Assembly: GCA_964016885.1 (NCBI GenBank)
Contig: OZ024741.1
Span: forward strand, 126,356,001 to 126,420,000
Direction of reading: 5' to 3'
Source: Eledone cirrhosa
Taxonomy: Eukaryota
Length of the DNA stretch: 64,000 bases
The notes beneath the pieces were generated by a model, which was given only the letters and a program-made list of their open reading frames with translations, was not told the DNA's origin and ran no database searches. Position 1 is the first letter of the stretch, and the number at the start of each line of letters is the position of its first letter. The position numbers and the translations under genes are program-made. Below are positions 1 to 15,048 of the stretch, in pieces.

Positions 1-1081
1 CGGCGGTTGATTGTACCGGGATGATGGGCTCCTCACCCTCAAAGGGTACAACCCCAGTAGTACAGACCAGGTTCGTAAACAACTAATCAACTTCTTCCGG
101 GACTGGGGATTTAAAATCACCCTAGAAACGTCCCTAACCTGAGTCAATTTCCTGGACGTTACCCTTAACCTTGAAAATGATCTGTACTACCCATACAGGA
201 AACCAAACGACAACCTGCACTACATCCACCGCCGCTCTAACCATCCTAGAAACATCACCAATAACCTGGTTAAAAACATCTCCCTCCGCATATCTCGTTT
301 GTCAGCTAATGAGCAGATATTCGACGAACACGCCCCTCATTACAACTAGGCCCTCAAGCGGAGTGGCTTCCGGGAGGAAATATCCTTTTATCCAGCTTCC
401 CTTAGCGGATCCAGCAGGCAACACCGCCGCTCACGCAACGTAACGTGGTTCAATCCTCCCCATAATGCCGAAGTGGCAACACCTATCGGAAAAATCTTCT
501 TTAGACTCCTCGAAAAACACTTCCCACTATAACACCGCTACCACAACATAATAAACAAAAACACCATCAAACTGTCCTACAGCACCACACCTAACTTCGC
601 ACAAAATATCGTCTCCTCAAACAACAAAAAACTCAACCTCTATGGAAGAAATAACCTAGACAGCAGTGGAGTGCCGACCAGGAGGTGTAACTGCCCTGAT
701 AGATCTACGTGCCCCCTCAAGAACACATGCCGAGAACGTAACGTGATCTACCAGTGCAACGTGAGGACGGACACCCCCAACAAAGCTTATATAGGATTAA
801 CTCTACCAACATACTTTCCGAAACCCGGTCCGGCGGCATGCCACAACACTTTCGGGCAACATCTGGGACCTCCAAGATAATAATATAACCTTCAATTACA
901 CTTGGAGCTTACTGTCCAGAGCTAACTCTTACACGGGAGGACGCCGTCCGTGTAACTTATGCTCGGAGGAAACATTACAAATGTTGTTTTCGAAGGACCA
1001 ACTCCTAAACAAGAAAGACGACTTGGTAACCTCATGCAAACACAGATTGCATAGGACTTACCTCGCCCTCAAACCCCATAA
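1..1081 (+). pseudogene. Penelope-like element (Naiad-type) RT C-terminus + GIY-YIG endonuclease, decayed; runs off the window start
   Basis: Frame 2 reads LYRDDGLL...VNFLDVTLNL...YRKPND...SNHP...VTWFNPP...IKLSYS, then CNCPDRSTCPLKNTC, VIYQC...AYIG and CNLCSEE...LLNKKDDLVTSCKH. Several in-frame stops and a deletion/frameshift. Confidence 0.93.
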
Positions 1082-1771
1082 CGACCCGGGTGGGTAGAGA
1101 AGGGCTGATAACCCTCCACTTGCCGAATAAGTTAGGGAAAACCCCAGCTTACATAGGTAGATTATCTCTTTTCTTTTCCTCTTTGTCTTCTTCTTCCCCT
1201 GTCTCATCCTATCACTTCCTTCCACCCCCTATTTTCTTCCTCGTCTGCCTTTCCCCTTTCGCCTACCCCGATGCAGCCCATCGGGCCTCTGTAGCATCTG
1301 TTCCTCCACCCCTGTAATTTTAAGATAGAATTGGCCGAATACGTTTTACTAACTACTTATAGCAGATGTGTTAAAACCCCTTTAATTTTGTATCAGTTTT
1401 GTTACTACTCATTCTACAAGATTTTTCTATTCTCAACTTATTAACCTGTAATTGTAAGATAGCATTATAATTTTTTTTATTCATTTCTCACTATCTAATT
1501 TTATATATTTTTTTTATTTCTTTCTGTTATCTTTTACTGTCTCCTACTCTCATTCTATTTACCTATTCTATAACCTCCCTCCTCCACTTCATACACTATC
1601 CTTAGAATCTGCTGTATACATATCACCTTCAACGCTTGACCGCTCCACTCATTCCCCTATTGTTCTACAGGCAAGTTCAGCCACCCCTCCCTCCCACCAA
1701 ATGCCATGATAGACTTATTTGATACAACAAATTTTAACCAATCCTCTTGACAACTACAATCTTCCCATATA

Positions 1772-1885
1772 AGGAAGTACTCCCTTGACAAGTTCGTCTA
1801 TTTATTCACCAGGCTAAAAATTCTAATTTAGTCCAGAAATAGCCGTTGAAACGGCTTGAGCTCTGCCGTCGGGGTCATACTTTTT

Positions 1886-1888
<3 letters not shown>
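1772..1888 (+). ncRNA. Type I hammerhead ribozyme, U3-A8 core variant, at the 3' end of the PLE
   Basis: Core TTGACAA 1785-1791; stem II cgtctattt/aaatagccg; GAAA 1848-1851; stem III cggc..gagctc..gccg; GTC 1868-1870; stem I tccc/gggg plus aggaagta/tact..ttcct. Confidence 0.7.
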
Positions 1889-1951
<63 letters not shown>

Positions 1952-1952
1952 A

Positions 1953-2160
1953 GCTTTTCTGATGATTTCTTTCGATTGCAACAGTTCTAGTCCTGTAGAA
2001 GCTATGTCTATATTATCTGTATGTGTATCCCGGGTTCAACGGGGGTAATCACAGTAAGTAAGGTAGTCAATACATAGCTGAGTATAAATGTTTAATATAG
2101 AAATGGCTTCTACAGGACTAGAACTGTTGATTTCCTTCGAATGAAAAAGTTATAGACATG
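1953..2160. mobile_element. Degenerate HHR/pLTR fragment with an internal inverted copy; a related remnant lies at 17311-17360
   Basis: CTGATGA-tttctttcgatt-GCAA (GAAA mutated)-cag...ctg-TA-gaagc. 2107-2129 is the reverse complement of 1978-2002. Confidence 0.55.
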
Positions 2161-2239
2161 TATAAGCCATATATATATATATACATATATAATTATTCAG
2201 AATAATAATAAATGAAGACATTCACATAATCAAAATACA

Positions 2240-2306
2240 TATTTTATTATATATATTTCGAAGGTACTGTGCTGTTTTTTTCAGTACGTCCTCGTCAGAT
2301 AAAATA
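2240..2306 (-). ncRNA. Type I minimal hammerhead ribozyme (inverted copy)
   Basis: Reverse complement of 2422-2488. Confidence 0.88.
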
Positions 2307-2421
2307 CATGAATTGATATATGACATACCTCAACGGTCTTGATGGTTCAATTCCAGTATTGACTGCCAATACTAGAATTGAACCATCAAGACCGTTGAGG
2401 TATGTCATACATCAATTCATG

Positions 2422-2488
2422 TATTTTATCTGACGAGGACGTACTGAAAAAAACAGCACAGTACCTTCGAAATATATATAATAAAATA
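2422..2488 (+). ncRNA. Type I minimal hammerhead ribozyme
   Basis: tattttat-CTGACGA-ggacgtactg..cagtaccttc-GAAA-tatata-TA-ataaaata; 8-bp stem I and palindromic stem III. Confidence 0.88.
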
Positions 2489-2985
2489 TGTATTTTGATT
2501 ATGTGAATGTCTTCATTTATTATTATTCTGAATAATTATAACTCCAGATTCTTGTAAAGTGCTTTTAATCTATTGTAACTCTACATTCCTTGAGTAATCA
2601 ATGAACCATATTAATCTTTGGTTATATATATATATATATATGTAGTATGTATATATTTTTTGGGACACCCTGTATATATATGTGTGTGGGTATGTATGTG
2701 TGTGTATATATGTGTATGTGTGTATGTGAACATCACTACCATCCCGACCACCACAGTACCATAATCATCGCTACATAACTCTTCCAACGACCGCCACTGT
2801 TAAATTCAGTCAAGCTTGCCTAACTCTTTCAACACACATTTACGTTTTAATAGTCTTCTTTCTTCACACAACTTTCTGTCATATATTCTTTCTTTCTCTC
2901 TTCCTTTCTTCCTTTCTTTCTTTCTTACTTTTCTCTTTTTTTTTTTTCTTTCCTTAATTTTTCTTTCTATCATTTCATCTTTCCA

Positions 2986-3191
2986 TTGCCTTTCATCCTT
3001 ACGGGGTCGATAAAATAAAGTACCAGTAATGCACTGGGATGATTGCTGGCCTTGTGCCAAATGTAGAAACAACTATTTCTCTTGGGTTGTTTGGCAGTAT
3101 CGGTAGAGCGTCAGACACCATGCTTTACAGCATAGAGTTATGGCCCTTTACCGTATGAGTTCAAATCCCACCGAGGTTAACTTTGCCTTTC
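2986..3191 (+). mobile_element. tRNA-derived SINE (family A) fragments
   Basis: A-box-like tggcagtatcggtagagcg, B-box gagttcaaatccc, and the body gcctttcatcct..gtcgataaaataaagtacc recurring across the window. Confidence 0.75.
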
Positions 3192-3501
3192 TTTCTTTTC
3201 TTTCTATTTTGTCCCAGGCACTCTTTCTTATCTTCATTCCCTTTCTCCTTTTTCTTTTCTCTTCAATCTTCACACTTTCTTTTCATCTCTTTCTTATCTT
3301 CAGTCTCTCTACACTGTCTTTCTTTCTTTCATTCTTCTTCCACCCTTCCTATCATCTCCCCCGCCCCCTCCACTGCTCATCTCTATATATACTTTTCATC
3401 TATCTTATTATTCTAAATATATTATTTCACTTTCGCATCTTTCAATTCTTTAACATCGCCACTACAACTAGAGTCACCCCATATCTGTCCTCCACCACCC
3501 A

Positions 3502-3502
<1 letters not shown>

Positions 3503-3565
<63 letters not shown>

Positions 3566-3605
3566 GTTGTTGCTACAGCTGCTGCTACTGCTGCTCCTGC
3601 TGCTG

Positions 3606-3655
<50 letters not shown>
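3503..3655. repeat. (TAC)n/(TGC)n microsatellite
   Basis: Direct reading. Confidence 0.95.
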
Positions 3656-3656
<1 letters not shown>

Positions 3657-6600
3657 CAACGCCACACCAACCATAGCCACCCCGCCACACCAACTATAGC
3701 CACCCCGCCACACCAACCATAGCCACCCCGTCACACCAACCATAGCCACCCCACCTCTCCTCCAACGCCACACCAGCCATAGCCACCCACCACACCAACT
3801 ATAGCCACCCCGCCACACCAACCATAGCCACCCCGTCACACCAACCATAGCCACCCCACCTCTCCTCCAACGCCACACCAGCCATAGCCACCCACCACAC
3901 CAGCTATAGCCACCCACCACACCAACCATAGCCACCCCGCCACATCAACCATAGCCACCCCGCCACACCAACCATAGCCCCCCCCCACCACATCAACCAT
4001 AGCCACCCCGCCACATCAACCATACCCACCCCGCCACACCAACCATAGCCCCCCCCACCACATCAACCATAGCCACCCCGCCACATCAACCATAGCCACC
4101 CCGCCACACCAACCATAGCCATCCCGCCACACCAACCATAGCCACCCTACCAACCATAGCCACCCCGCCACACCAACCATAGCCACCCCACCACACCAAC
4201 CATAGCCCCCCGTCCCCCCCCATACCACCATCCACATCAACCATAGCCACCCCGCCACACCAACCATAGCCACCCCGCCACACCAAGCATAGCCACCCCA
4301 CCTCACCTCCAACGCAACACCAAACATAGCCACCCCACCACACCAACCATAGCCACCCCGCCACATCAACCATAGCCACCCTGCCACACCATCCATAGCC
4401 ACCCCGCCACACCAACCATAGCCACCCCATCTCACCTCCAACGCAACACCAACCATAGCCACCCCACCACACCAACCATAGCCACCCCGCCACATCAACC
4501 ATAGCCACCCTGCCACACCAACCATAGCCACCCCGCCACACCAACCATAGCCACCCCACCACACCAACCATAGCCACCCCACCACACCAACCATAGCCAT
4601 CCCACCACACCAACCATAGCCACCCCACCACACCAACCATAGCCACCCCACCACACCAACCATAGCCACCCCACCACACCAACCATAGCCACCCCACCAC
4701 ACCAACCATAGCCATCCCACCACACCAACCATAGCCACCCCACCACACCAACCATAGCCACCCCACCGCACCAACCATAGCCATCCCCGCCACACCAACC
4801 ATAGCCACCCGCCACATCAACCATAGCCACCCCACCTCTCCTCCAACGCAGCACCAACCATAGCCACCCCACCACACCAACCATAGCCCGCCCGCCACAC
4901 CAACCATAGCCACCCGCCACATCAACCATAGCCACCCCACCTCTCCTCCAACGCCACACCAACCACAGCCACTCCACCACACCAACCATAGCCATCCACC
5001 ACACCAACCATAACCCCCCGCCACACCAACCATAGCCACCCGCCACATCAACCATAGCCACCCCACCTCTCCTCCAACGCCACACCAACCACAGCCACTC
5101 CACCACACCAACCATAGCCATCCACCACACCAACCATTGCCCCCCCCGCCACACCAACCATAGCCACCCGCCACATCAACCATAGCCACCCCACCTCTCT
5201 TTCAACGCCACACCAACCACAGCCACTCCACCACACCAATCATAGCCACCCCACCACACCAACCATAGCCACCCCGCCACATCAACCATAGCCACCGCAC
5301 CTCTCCCCCAACGCCACACCAACCATAGCCACCCTACCACACTAACCATAGCCACCGCACCTCTCCCCCAACGCCACACCAACCATAGCCACCCTACCAC
5401 ACTAACCATAGCCACCCCACCTCTCCTTCAACACCACACCAACCATAGCCACACCGCCACATCAACCATAGCCACCCCACCACACCAACCACAGCCACAC
5501 CACCACACCAACCATAGCCACCCCACCACACCAACCATAGCCACCCCGCCACACCAACCATAGCTGCCCCGCCACACCAACCATAGCCACCCCACCACAC
5601 CAACCATAGCCACCCCACCACACCAACCATAGCCCCCCCGCCACACCAACCATAGCCACCCGCCACATCAACCATAGCCACCCCACCTCTCTTTCAACGC
5701 CACACCAACCACAGCCACTCCACCACACCAACCATAGCCACCCCACCACACCAACCATAGCCACCCCGCAACATCAACCATAGATGCCCTACCACACCAA
5801 CCATAGCCACCCCACCAACCACAGCCACTCCACCACACCAACCATAGCCACCCCACCACACCAACCGAAGCCACCCCACCAACCATAGCCACCCCGCAAC
5901 ATCAACCATAGATGCCCTACCACACCAACCATAGCCACCCCACCAACCACAGCCACTCCACCACACCAACCATAGCTGCCCCACCACACCAACCATAGCC
6001 ACCCCACCAACCATAGCCACCCCGCCACACCAACCATAGCCACCCCACCACACCAACCATAGCCACTCCACCACACCAACCATAGCCACCCCACCACACC
6101 AACCATAGCCCCCCCGCCACACCAACCATAGCCACCCGCCACATCAACCATAGCCACCCCCACCTCTCCTCCAACGCAGCACCAACCATAGCCACCACAC
6201 CACACCAACCATAGCCACCCCACCACACCAACCATAGCCCCCCCGCCACACCAACCATAGCCACCCGCCACATCAACCATAGCCACCCCACCTCTCTTTC
6301 AACGCCACACCAACCACAGCCACTCCACCACACCAACCATAGCCACCCCACCACACCAACCACAGCCACTCCACCACACCAACCATAGCCATCCACCACA
6401 CCAACCATAGCCACCCCACCACCCCAACCACAGCCACTCCACCACACCAACCATAGCCATCCACCACACCAACCATAGCCATCCACCACACCAACCATAG
6501 CCACCCCACCACCCCAACCACAGCCACCCCACCACCCCAACCATAGCCATCCACCACACCAACCATAGCCATCCACCACACCAACCATAGCCACCCCACC

Positions 6601-9600
6601 ACCCCAACCACAGCCACCCCACCACCCCAACCACAGCCACTCCACCACACCAACCATAGCCATCCACCACACCAACCATAGCCACCCCACCACCCCAACC
6701 ACAGCCACCCCACCACCCCAACCACAGCCACTCCACCACACCAACCATAGCCATCCACCACACCAACCATAGCCATCCACCACACCAACCATAGCCACCC
6801 CACCACCCTAACCACAGCCACCCCACCACCCCAACCATAGCCATCCACCACACCAACCATAGCCATCCACCTCACCAACCATAGCCCCCCGCCACACCAA
6901 CCATAGCCACCCCGCAACATCAACCATAGCTGCCCCACCACACCAACCATAGCCACCCCACCACACCAACCATAGCCACCCCACCACACCGACCATAGCC
7001 ACCCCACCACACCAACCACAGCCACACCACCACACCAACCATAGCTACCCCACCACACCAACCATAGCCACCCCGCCACACCAACCATAGGTGCCCCGCC
7101 ACACCAACCATAGCCACCCCACCACACCAACCATAGCCACCCCACCACACCAACCATTGCCACCCCACCACACCAACCATAGCCACCCCACCACACCAAC
7201 CATAGCCACCCCACCACACCAACCATAGCCACCCCACCACACCAACCATTGCCACCCCACCACACCAACCATAGCCACCCCACCACACCAACCATAGCCC
7301 CTCCGCCACACCAACCATAGCCACCCGCCACATCAACCATAGCCACCCCGTCTCTCCTCCAACGCAGCACCAACCATAGCCACCACACCACACCAACCAT
7401 AGCCATCCACCACACCAACCATTGCCCCCCCGCCACATCAACCATAGCCACCCCACCTCTCTTTCAACGCCACACCAACCACAGCCACTCCACCACACCA
7501 ACCATAGCCACCCCACCACACCAACCATAGCCACCCCGCAACATCAACCATAGATGCCCTACCACACCAACCATAGCCACCCCGCCACATCAACCATAGC
7601 CACCGCACCTCTCCCCCAACGCCACACCAACCATAGCCACCCCACCACACTAACCATAGCCACCCCACCTCTCCTTCAACGCCACACCAACCATAGCCAC
7701 CCCGCCACATCAACCATAGCCACGCCACCACACCAACCATAGCCACCCCGCCACATCAACCATAGCCACCCCACCAACCACAGCCACACCACCACACCAA
7801 CCATAGCCACCCCACCACACCAACCATAGCCACCCCGCCACACCAACCATAGCTGCCCCACCACACCAACCATAGCTGCCCCACCACACCAACCATAGCC
7901 ACCCCGCCACATCAACCATAGCTGCCCCACCACGCCAACCATAGCCACCCCGCCACATCAACCATAGCCACCGCACCTCTCCCTCAACGCCACACCAACC
8001 ATAGCCACCCCACCACACTAACCATAGCCACCCCACCTCTCCTTCAACGCCACACCAACCATAGCCACCCCGCCACATCAACCATAGCCACCCCACCAAC
8101 CACAGCCACACCAACCATAGCCACCCCACCACACCAACCATAGCCACCCCGCCACACCAACCATAGCTGCACCGCCACACCAACCATAGCCACCCCGCCA
8201 CACCAACCATAGCCACCCCGCCACACCAACCATAGCCACCCCGCCACATCAACCATAGCCACCCCACCAACCACAGCCACACCACCACACCAACCATAGC
8301 CACCCCACCACACCAGCCATAGCCACCCCGCCACACCAACTATAGCCACCCCACCATACCAACCATAGCCACCCCGCCACACAAACCATAGCCACCCCAC
8401 CACACCAAACATACCCACCCCGCCACACCAACCATAGCTGCCCCGCCACACCAACCATAGCCACCCCGCCACACCAACCATAGCCACCCCGCCACACCAA
8501 CCATAGCTGCCCCGCCACACCAACCATAGCCACCTCACCACACCAACCATAGCCACCCCACCACACCAACCACAGCCACCCGACCACACCAACTATAGCC
8601 ACACCACCACACCAATCATAGCCACCCCGCCACACCAACCATAGCCACCCCACCCCACCAACCATAGCCAGCCCACCTCTCATTCAACGCCACACCAGCC
8701 ATAGCCACCCCGCCACACCAACCATAGCCACCCACCACACCAATCATAGCCACCCCACCTCTCCTTCAACGCCACACCAGCCACAGCCACCCACCACACC
8801 AACCATAGCTACCCCACCACACCAGCCATAGCCACCCCACCACACCAACTATAGCCACCTCACCACACCAACCATAGCCACCCCACCACACCAACTATAG
8901 CCACCTCACCACACCAACCATAGCCACCCTACCACACCAACTTTAGCCACAACACCACACCAAACATAGCCTCTGCACCACACCAACCATAGCCACCCCG
9001 CCACACCGACCATAGCCACCCCATCACACCAACTACAGCCGCCCCGCCACACCAACCACAGCCGCCCCGCCACACCAACCATAGCCACCCTGCCACACCA
9101 ACCATAGTCACCCCACCACACCAACTATAGCCACCCCACCACACCAACCATAACCACCCCACCACACCAACCACAGCCGCCCCGCCACACCAACCATAGC
9201 CACCCTGCCACACCAACCATAGCCACCCCACCACACCAACCATAGCCACCCCGCCACACCAACCATAGCCACGCCACCACACCAGCCATAGCCACCCCGC
9301 CACGCCAACTATAGCCACCCCACCACACCAACCATAGCCACCCCGCCACGAAACCATAGCCCCCCCCACCACACCAAACATACCCACCCTGCCACACCAA
9401 CCATAGCCACCCCACCACACCAACCATAGCCACCCCGCCACACCAACCATAGTCACCCCACCACACCAACCATAGCCACCCCACCACACCAACCATAGCC
9501 ACCCCACTACCCCAGCCATAGCCACCCCGCCACACCAACCATAGCCACCCCGCCACACCAACCATAGCCACCCCGCCACACCAACCATAGCCACCCCGCC

Positions 9601-10342
9601 ACACCTACCATAGCCACCCCACCACACCAACTACAGCCGCCCCGCCACACCAACCATAGCAACCCCACCACACCAACCACAGCCGCCCCGCCACACCAAC
9701 CATAGCCACCCTGCCACACCAACCATAGTCACCCCACCACACCAACCATAGCCACCCCACCACACCAATCATAGCCACCCCACCACACCAACCACAGCCA
9801 CCCCACCACACCAACCACAGCCGCCCCGCCACACCAACCATAGCCACCCCGCCACAACAGCCATAGCCACCCCACCACACCAACCATAGCCACCCCACCA
9901 CACCAGCCATAGCCACCCCGCCACACCAGCCATAGCCACCCCACCACACCAACTATAGCCACCCCACCACACCAACCATAGCCACCCCGCCACACCAGCC
10001 ATAGCCACCCCACCACACCAACTATAGCCACCCCGCCACACCAGCCATAGCCACCCCACCACACCAACTATAGCCACCCCACCACACCAACCATAGCCAC
10101 CCCGCCACACCAGCCATAGCCACCCCACCACACCAACCATAGCCACCCTACCACACCAACCATAGCCACCCTACCACACCAGCCATAGCCACCCCGCCAC
10201 GCCAACCATAGCCACCCCACCACACCAACCATAGCCACCCCGCCACACCAACCATAGCCATCCCGCCACATCAACTATAGCCACCCGCCACACCAATCAT
10301 AGCCATCCCGCCACATCAACTATAGCCACCCCGCCACCCCGC
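3656..10342. repeat. About 6.7-kb minisatellite with a 23-bp unit ACCATAGCCACCCC(G/A)CCACACCA and variant units
   Basis: Continuous tandem array; it is the source of all W/G/V-rich minus-strand ORFs in the track. Confidence 0.97.
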
Positions 10343-10649
10343 CGTTCCAGTCATACCAAACCCTACTCTTCCTCCATTGTTGTGTTACCCATATCGCCCC
10401 CTCCGCCGACTCTTATCTTACACTCCAATACCCCCGTCATCCACCCTAACCACCCAAACACCATACCATTGCATCCCTTACCACCACCCTCCACCCCTCT
10501 CTATCCCATTCACCATCCCGCTAGAAACTTTTTCACTCTAACTCTTTCTCTGTATTACTCCCATTTTCTTTTTTCTTATTTTTTTTTCTCCTCTTCACTC
10601 TCTTTCTCCCTCCCACGCTCTCTTTATCACTTTTTTCATTCTTTTTCTT

Positions 10650-10962
10650 TCTACCCCGCCTTCTCTTTATTACGCTCTCTCTCTCTTTTTCTTTTTCACT
10701 ATTACGCTCTCTCTCTCTTTCTTTTTCTCTATTACGCTCTCCTCCCACTCTCTCTCGCTTTCTTTCTCTCTATTACGCTCTCTCTCTTTCTTTCTCTTTA
10801 TTATGCTCTCTCTCTTTCTTTCTCTCTATTACGCTCACCTCCCCTTCTCTCTCGCCTTCTTTCTCTCTATTATGCCCTCTCTCTCTCTCTCGCTTTCTTC
10901 CTCTCTATTACGCTCTCTCTCTCTTTCTTTCTCTCTATTACGCTCTCTCTCTCCCTCTCTCT
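10650..10962. repeat. CT-rich degenerate tandem repeat (ctctattacgctctctct...)
   Basis: Repeated TATTACGCTCTC core within (CT)n. Confidence 0.85.
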
Positions 10963-11033
10963 ATTCACCTCCTTCCTCATAGCCACTACTAACATAACAG
11001 ATTTTTTTTTCTATTTCTGTTCTGTTGGCAGTT

Positions 11034-11550
<517 letters not shown>

Positions 11551-11670
11551 AAACCAACACTAATTTCTTTAACTAATAAACAAGCTTGGTGTTTCTTCTT
11601 CTTTTTCTTACGAATGTCCGACCGAAAACTTTGGACAACTTTTTGTCTTAATATTACATCTATCGTCGTA

Positions 11671-11730
<60 letters not shown>

Positions 11731-12011
11731 ACTTATATATTTTATAGAGATATGTATATGACACATGTGACTATGCATGTGTATGTATGTTTGTATGTTA
11801 GGTGTGGTGGTTAACTAACAAATGAGTGCATCTGCCTACATATCAAATCTATCATTTTAACTCAGCTATCTATATATCTGTTTGTCTATCCAGCGGTCTC
11901 TCAGGTTATCTTACTATCTCTCTACCAGCTAGTCTCTCATTCCCTCTCTCACCCTCTCTATTCCTCTATAAGTATATCTATCTTTGCATCTTACTGCGTG
12001 TTTCTGCCTGT

Positions 12012-12085
<74 letters not shown>

Positions 12086-12595
12086 ATGTATATGTGTATA
12101 TGTCTGTGAGTCTGTGTGACTTTCACTCTGTCTACCCAGTAACTTTTCTCTCTAATCTCACCCTTCATCTGTCTGCCTCTCTGTCTCAGTTTTGCTGTCT
12201 TTCCACACACACACACGCACACACACACACACACACACACATTCATTGATTCATACATGCATTCAACATGCGTACTTACATACAGACACACACACATGTA
12301 TAACATACATTCATACATACATTCATTCATACATTTACATATGTAGATATTCTAAAGATATAATTGAATACACGATAAGTTTAAAAAAATATATATTTAA
12401 AGAAAATATATAAATATAACAACCAACTTTAACAAGCATACGTGCCAAGAGAGGCTCAGGTTATACTTACCCCCAAAGGACCATACCAAAGAGAATACTA
12501 AAAGGATATATATATATATATATACTAATTTGAACCAACTACTACTAATGTTGGTACCAAACTAAGCAGGTAGGTTCAAACAATATTTTACTCTG

Positions 12596-12647
<52 letters not shown>

Positions 12648-12650
<3 letters not shown>

Positions 12651-12777
12651 CTTCGAAACGGCTGGAGCTCAGCCGTCGGGGTCCTGACACTTTTCCTATT
12701 ACCCACTCTACTACCCTAAGTATCGAGTACTCTGGTGCGTTATGGTTCATCCGGTTCCTTACCACACTTCCTTCGTT

Positions 12778-12779
<2 letters not shown>
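12648..12779 (+). mobile_element. Mini-PLE pLTR fragment (3' half of the 1772-1888 HHR plus tail) inserted in (TA)n
   Basis: cgaaacggctggagctcagccgtcggggtc...cttccttcgtt; homologous to 1835-1888. Confidence 0.8.
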
Positions 12780-12826
<47 letters not shown>

Positions 12827-13065
12827 CATGTTAAATTGATCTCACTCACTATTTCTTGATACACACACAAACATACACATACATACATACATACATACAT
12901 ACATACACAGACACATACATACATACATACATACATACATACATACATACATACATACATACATACATACACAGACACATACATGCATACATACATACAT
13001 ACATACATACATACATACATACATACATACATACATACATACATACATACATACATACATACAAT

Positions 13066-13265
13066 GAAGGCAAATAGACTTATGGTTAGGGGGATGGACT
13101 CGTGATTGTAAGTTCGTGGATTCGATTCTTGGACCGGGCGGAGCATTGGGTTCTTGAACGAAATATTTCACAATGCTCCTTCAGCTTGGAATGGCGACAG
13201 TCAGATAGTATCAGTAATGGAAAAACCAATGGAAACATTGTTTCCTCGGACTGATTTGACGATTT
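13066..13265 (+). mobile_element. tRNA-derived SINE (family B)
   Basis: tggttagg A-box, ttcgattc B-box; body similar to 28459-28675. Confidence 0.65.
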
Positions 13266-13349
13266 GGTCCTTCACTTTTCCACGCACACACTCATATATA
13301 TGTGTGTATGTATATATGTTTATATATTTATATGTGTGTATGTACATAT

Positions 13350-13420
<71 letters not shown>

Positions 13421-13423
<3 letters not shown>

Positions 13424-13493
13424 CGAAGGAAATGCGTCCAGAATTAGCCGTCGAAACGGCTTGAGCTCAGCCGTCGGGGTCCTACTCGTTCCT
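13421..13493. mobile_element. Mini-PLE pLTR fragment with inverted tail, in (TA)n
   Basis: taacgaaggaaatg (inverted tail) + gtccagaattagccgtcgaaacggc...ggggtc. Confidence 0.8.
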
Positions 13494-14089
13494 ATATATA
13501 TATATATAGGCATCCTTGGATCAGCCCGTTGTGTCACATTCACCTCTATCACCGACAATATACATACATCTGTTCAGAGACAGTACAAGATGTAACTGCA
13601 ACCTGCAGTAGTGTGTTAATATATTACACTTGGTATATGCAGACACGTGTCTTATTAACATTTAATACCTAACTACCTACCAACATACCTACCTACATAC
13701 CTATCTACTTACCTACCCTACATATTTATATACGCATCGATCTACGTTTAAATGTTTTTCCTACGACTGTCTCATTGTCTGCCTCCATACATACATACAC
13801 ACACATCTGCCTGTCTGCCTGCCAACACACCTGCCTCTCTGCCTACCTGCATACATACCTACTAGCCTATCTACCTAACTATCTACTTATCTATCTATCT
13901 ACCTATCTATTTATCCATCTACCTACCCATCTATCTACATATCTATCTATCTACTACCTACTCATCTATCTATCTAACTAACCCCCTATCTACCTCTCTA
14001 TCTACCTACCCACCCACTCACTAATTTTTTTCAATTTTGTTATTCGTGTTCTTTATTCGATTCGATATTGCAGAAGATGGTGCAGTAAT

Positions 14090-14575
14090 GCACCAGCTTT
14101 AGCATTCGGCAATCAGAAGAAGGGAGGTAGGTGTAAAAGCTAAGCTCGCTATCTTCAATTAAGTATTCGTGTCAAGCATTACATATGGTCATGAATTTTG
14201 GGTAAAGACCGAAAGAATATGATCGCGAATACAAACGGTCGAAATGGGGTGCCTCTGAAGGATCATTGGAGTAACATCACTCGATAGAATGCACAGCTGG
14301 GAGATTAGAGAGTCTCTCCAGGTAGAGCCGCTATCTCTCCGAATTGAGAGACCACAGTTCCGATATTATGGGCATGTAGTTAGGGTGTATTTGGAAAGAA
14401 TCGCTGGGAAAAACCAGCCGATAGAATATTCATAGGCAGATCCCGAACAAGATGTTCTCACTTGGGAATCCACCCGGATCAATTTGAGACGTTGCCTCTG
14501 ACAAGACACGATTACAGGAAAGTTTGAGGACTCTGCCCATCACGACTCTCGCGGGAATAAGTGGACGGAGAAGCA
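14090..14575 (+). pseudogene. RTE-clade LINE, 3' RT remnant
   Basis: KAKLAIF..ITYGHEFW..RIQTVEM..IRESLQVEPL..RYYGHVVR, with stops. Confidence 0.85.
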
Positions 14576-14906
14576 GTGTACTTTATTCTGTTTTCTTTGT
14601 TGACAAAGCATTCGCTTCGAATTATTGGTCTGGTACTATATTTACCGACCTGGAAAGGATGAAGGGCATTTGAACACAAAGCTCAGTGTGCCGGAACAAA
14701 TCTGAGGAATTTAATCCGGCACCCTAATGATTCTTCCAATTCGCCGCTTAATCTTGTACTTATGTTATATATTATAATATTGTTTACTAGCTGACGCCAT
14801 CGAAATTTCATGGTTTGATTAGAAACCACTACTAAATCTTCAAGATTAATATGGCAGTTTAAATGTTTTATTTATAAGTTATATATATATATATATGTGT
14901 GTGTGT

Positions 14907-15030
14907 ATAGGAAAATGTTTGACCCCGACGGCAGAGCTCAAGCCGTTTCGATGGCTATTTCCAGAAATACCCTAAGTATTGAGTACTCTGGTGCTTTATG
15001 ATCCATCAGGTTCCTTACCACTCTTCCTTC
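14907..15030. mobile_element. Mini-PLE pLTR fragment, inverted half-HHR plus tail
   Basis: gaccccgacggcagagctcaagccgtttcg (reverse complement) then ccagaaata + ccctaagtattgagtact tail. Confidence 0.8.
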
Positions 15031-15048
15031 TATATATATATATATACA

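Larger units (their letters stand above)
2188..2540. repeat. Near-perfect palindrome (174-bp arms, 5-nt loop) made of PLE pLTR sequence
   Basis: 2188-2361 is the reverse complement of 2367-2540 with about 2 mismatches; flanked by (TA)n. Confidence 0.95.

Noticed and set aside
3651-10274. Long W/G/V-rich ORFs
   Set aside because: Translations of the 23-bp minisatellite in all frames.
3656-10342. CRISPR-like array
   Set aside because: No unique spacers, no cas genes, eukaryotic context.
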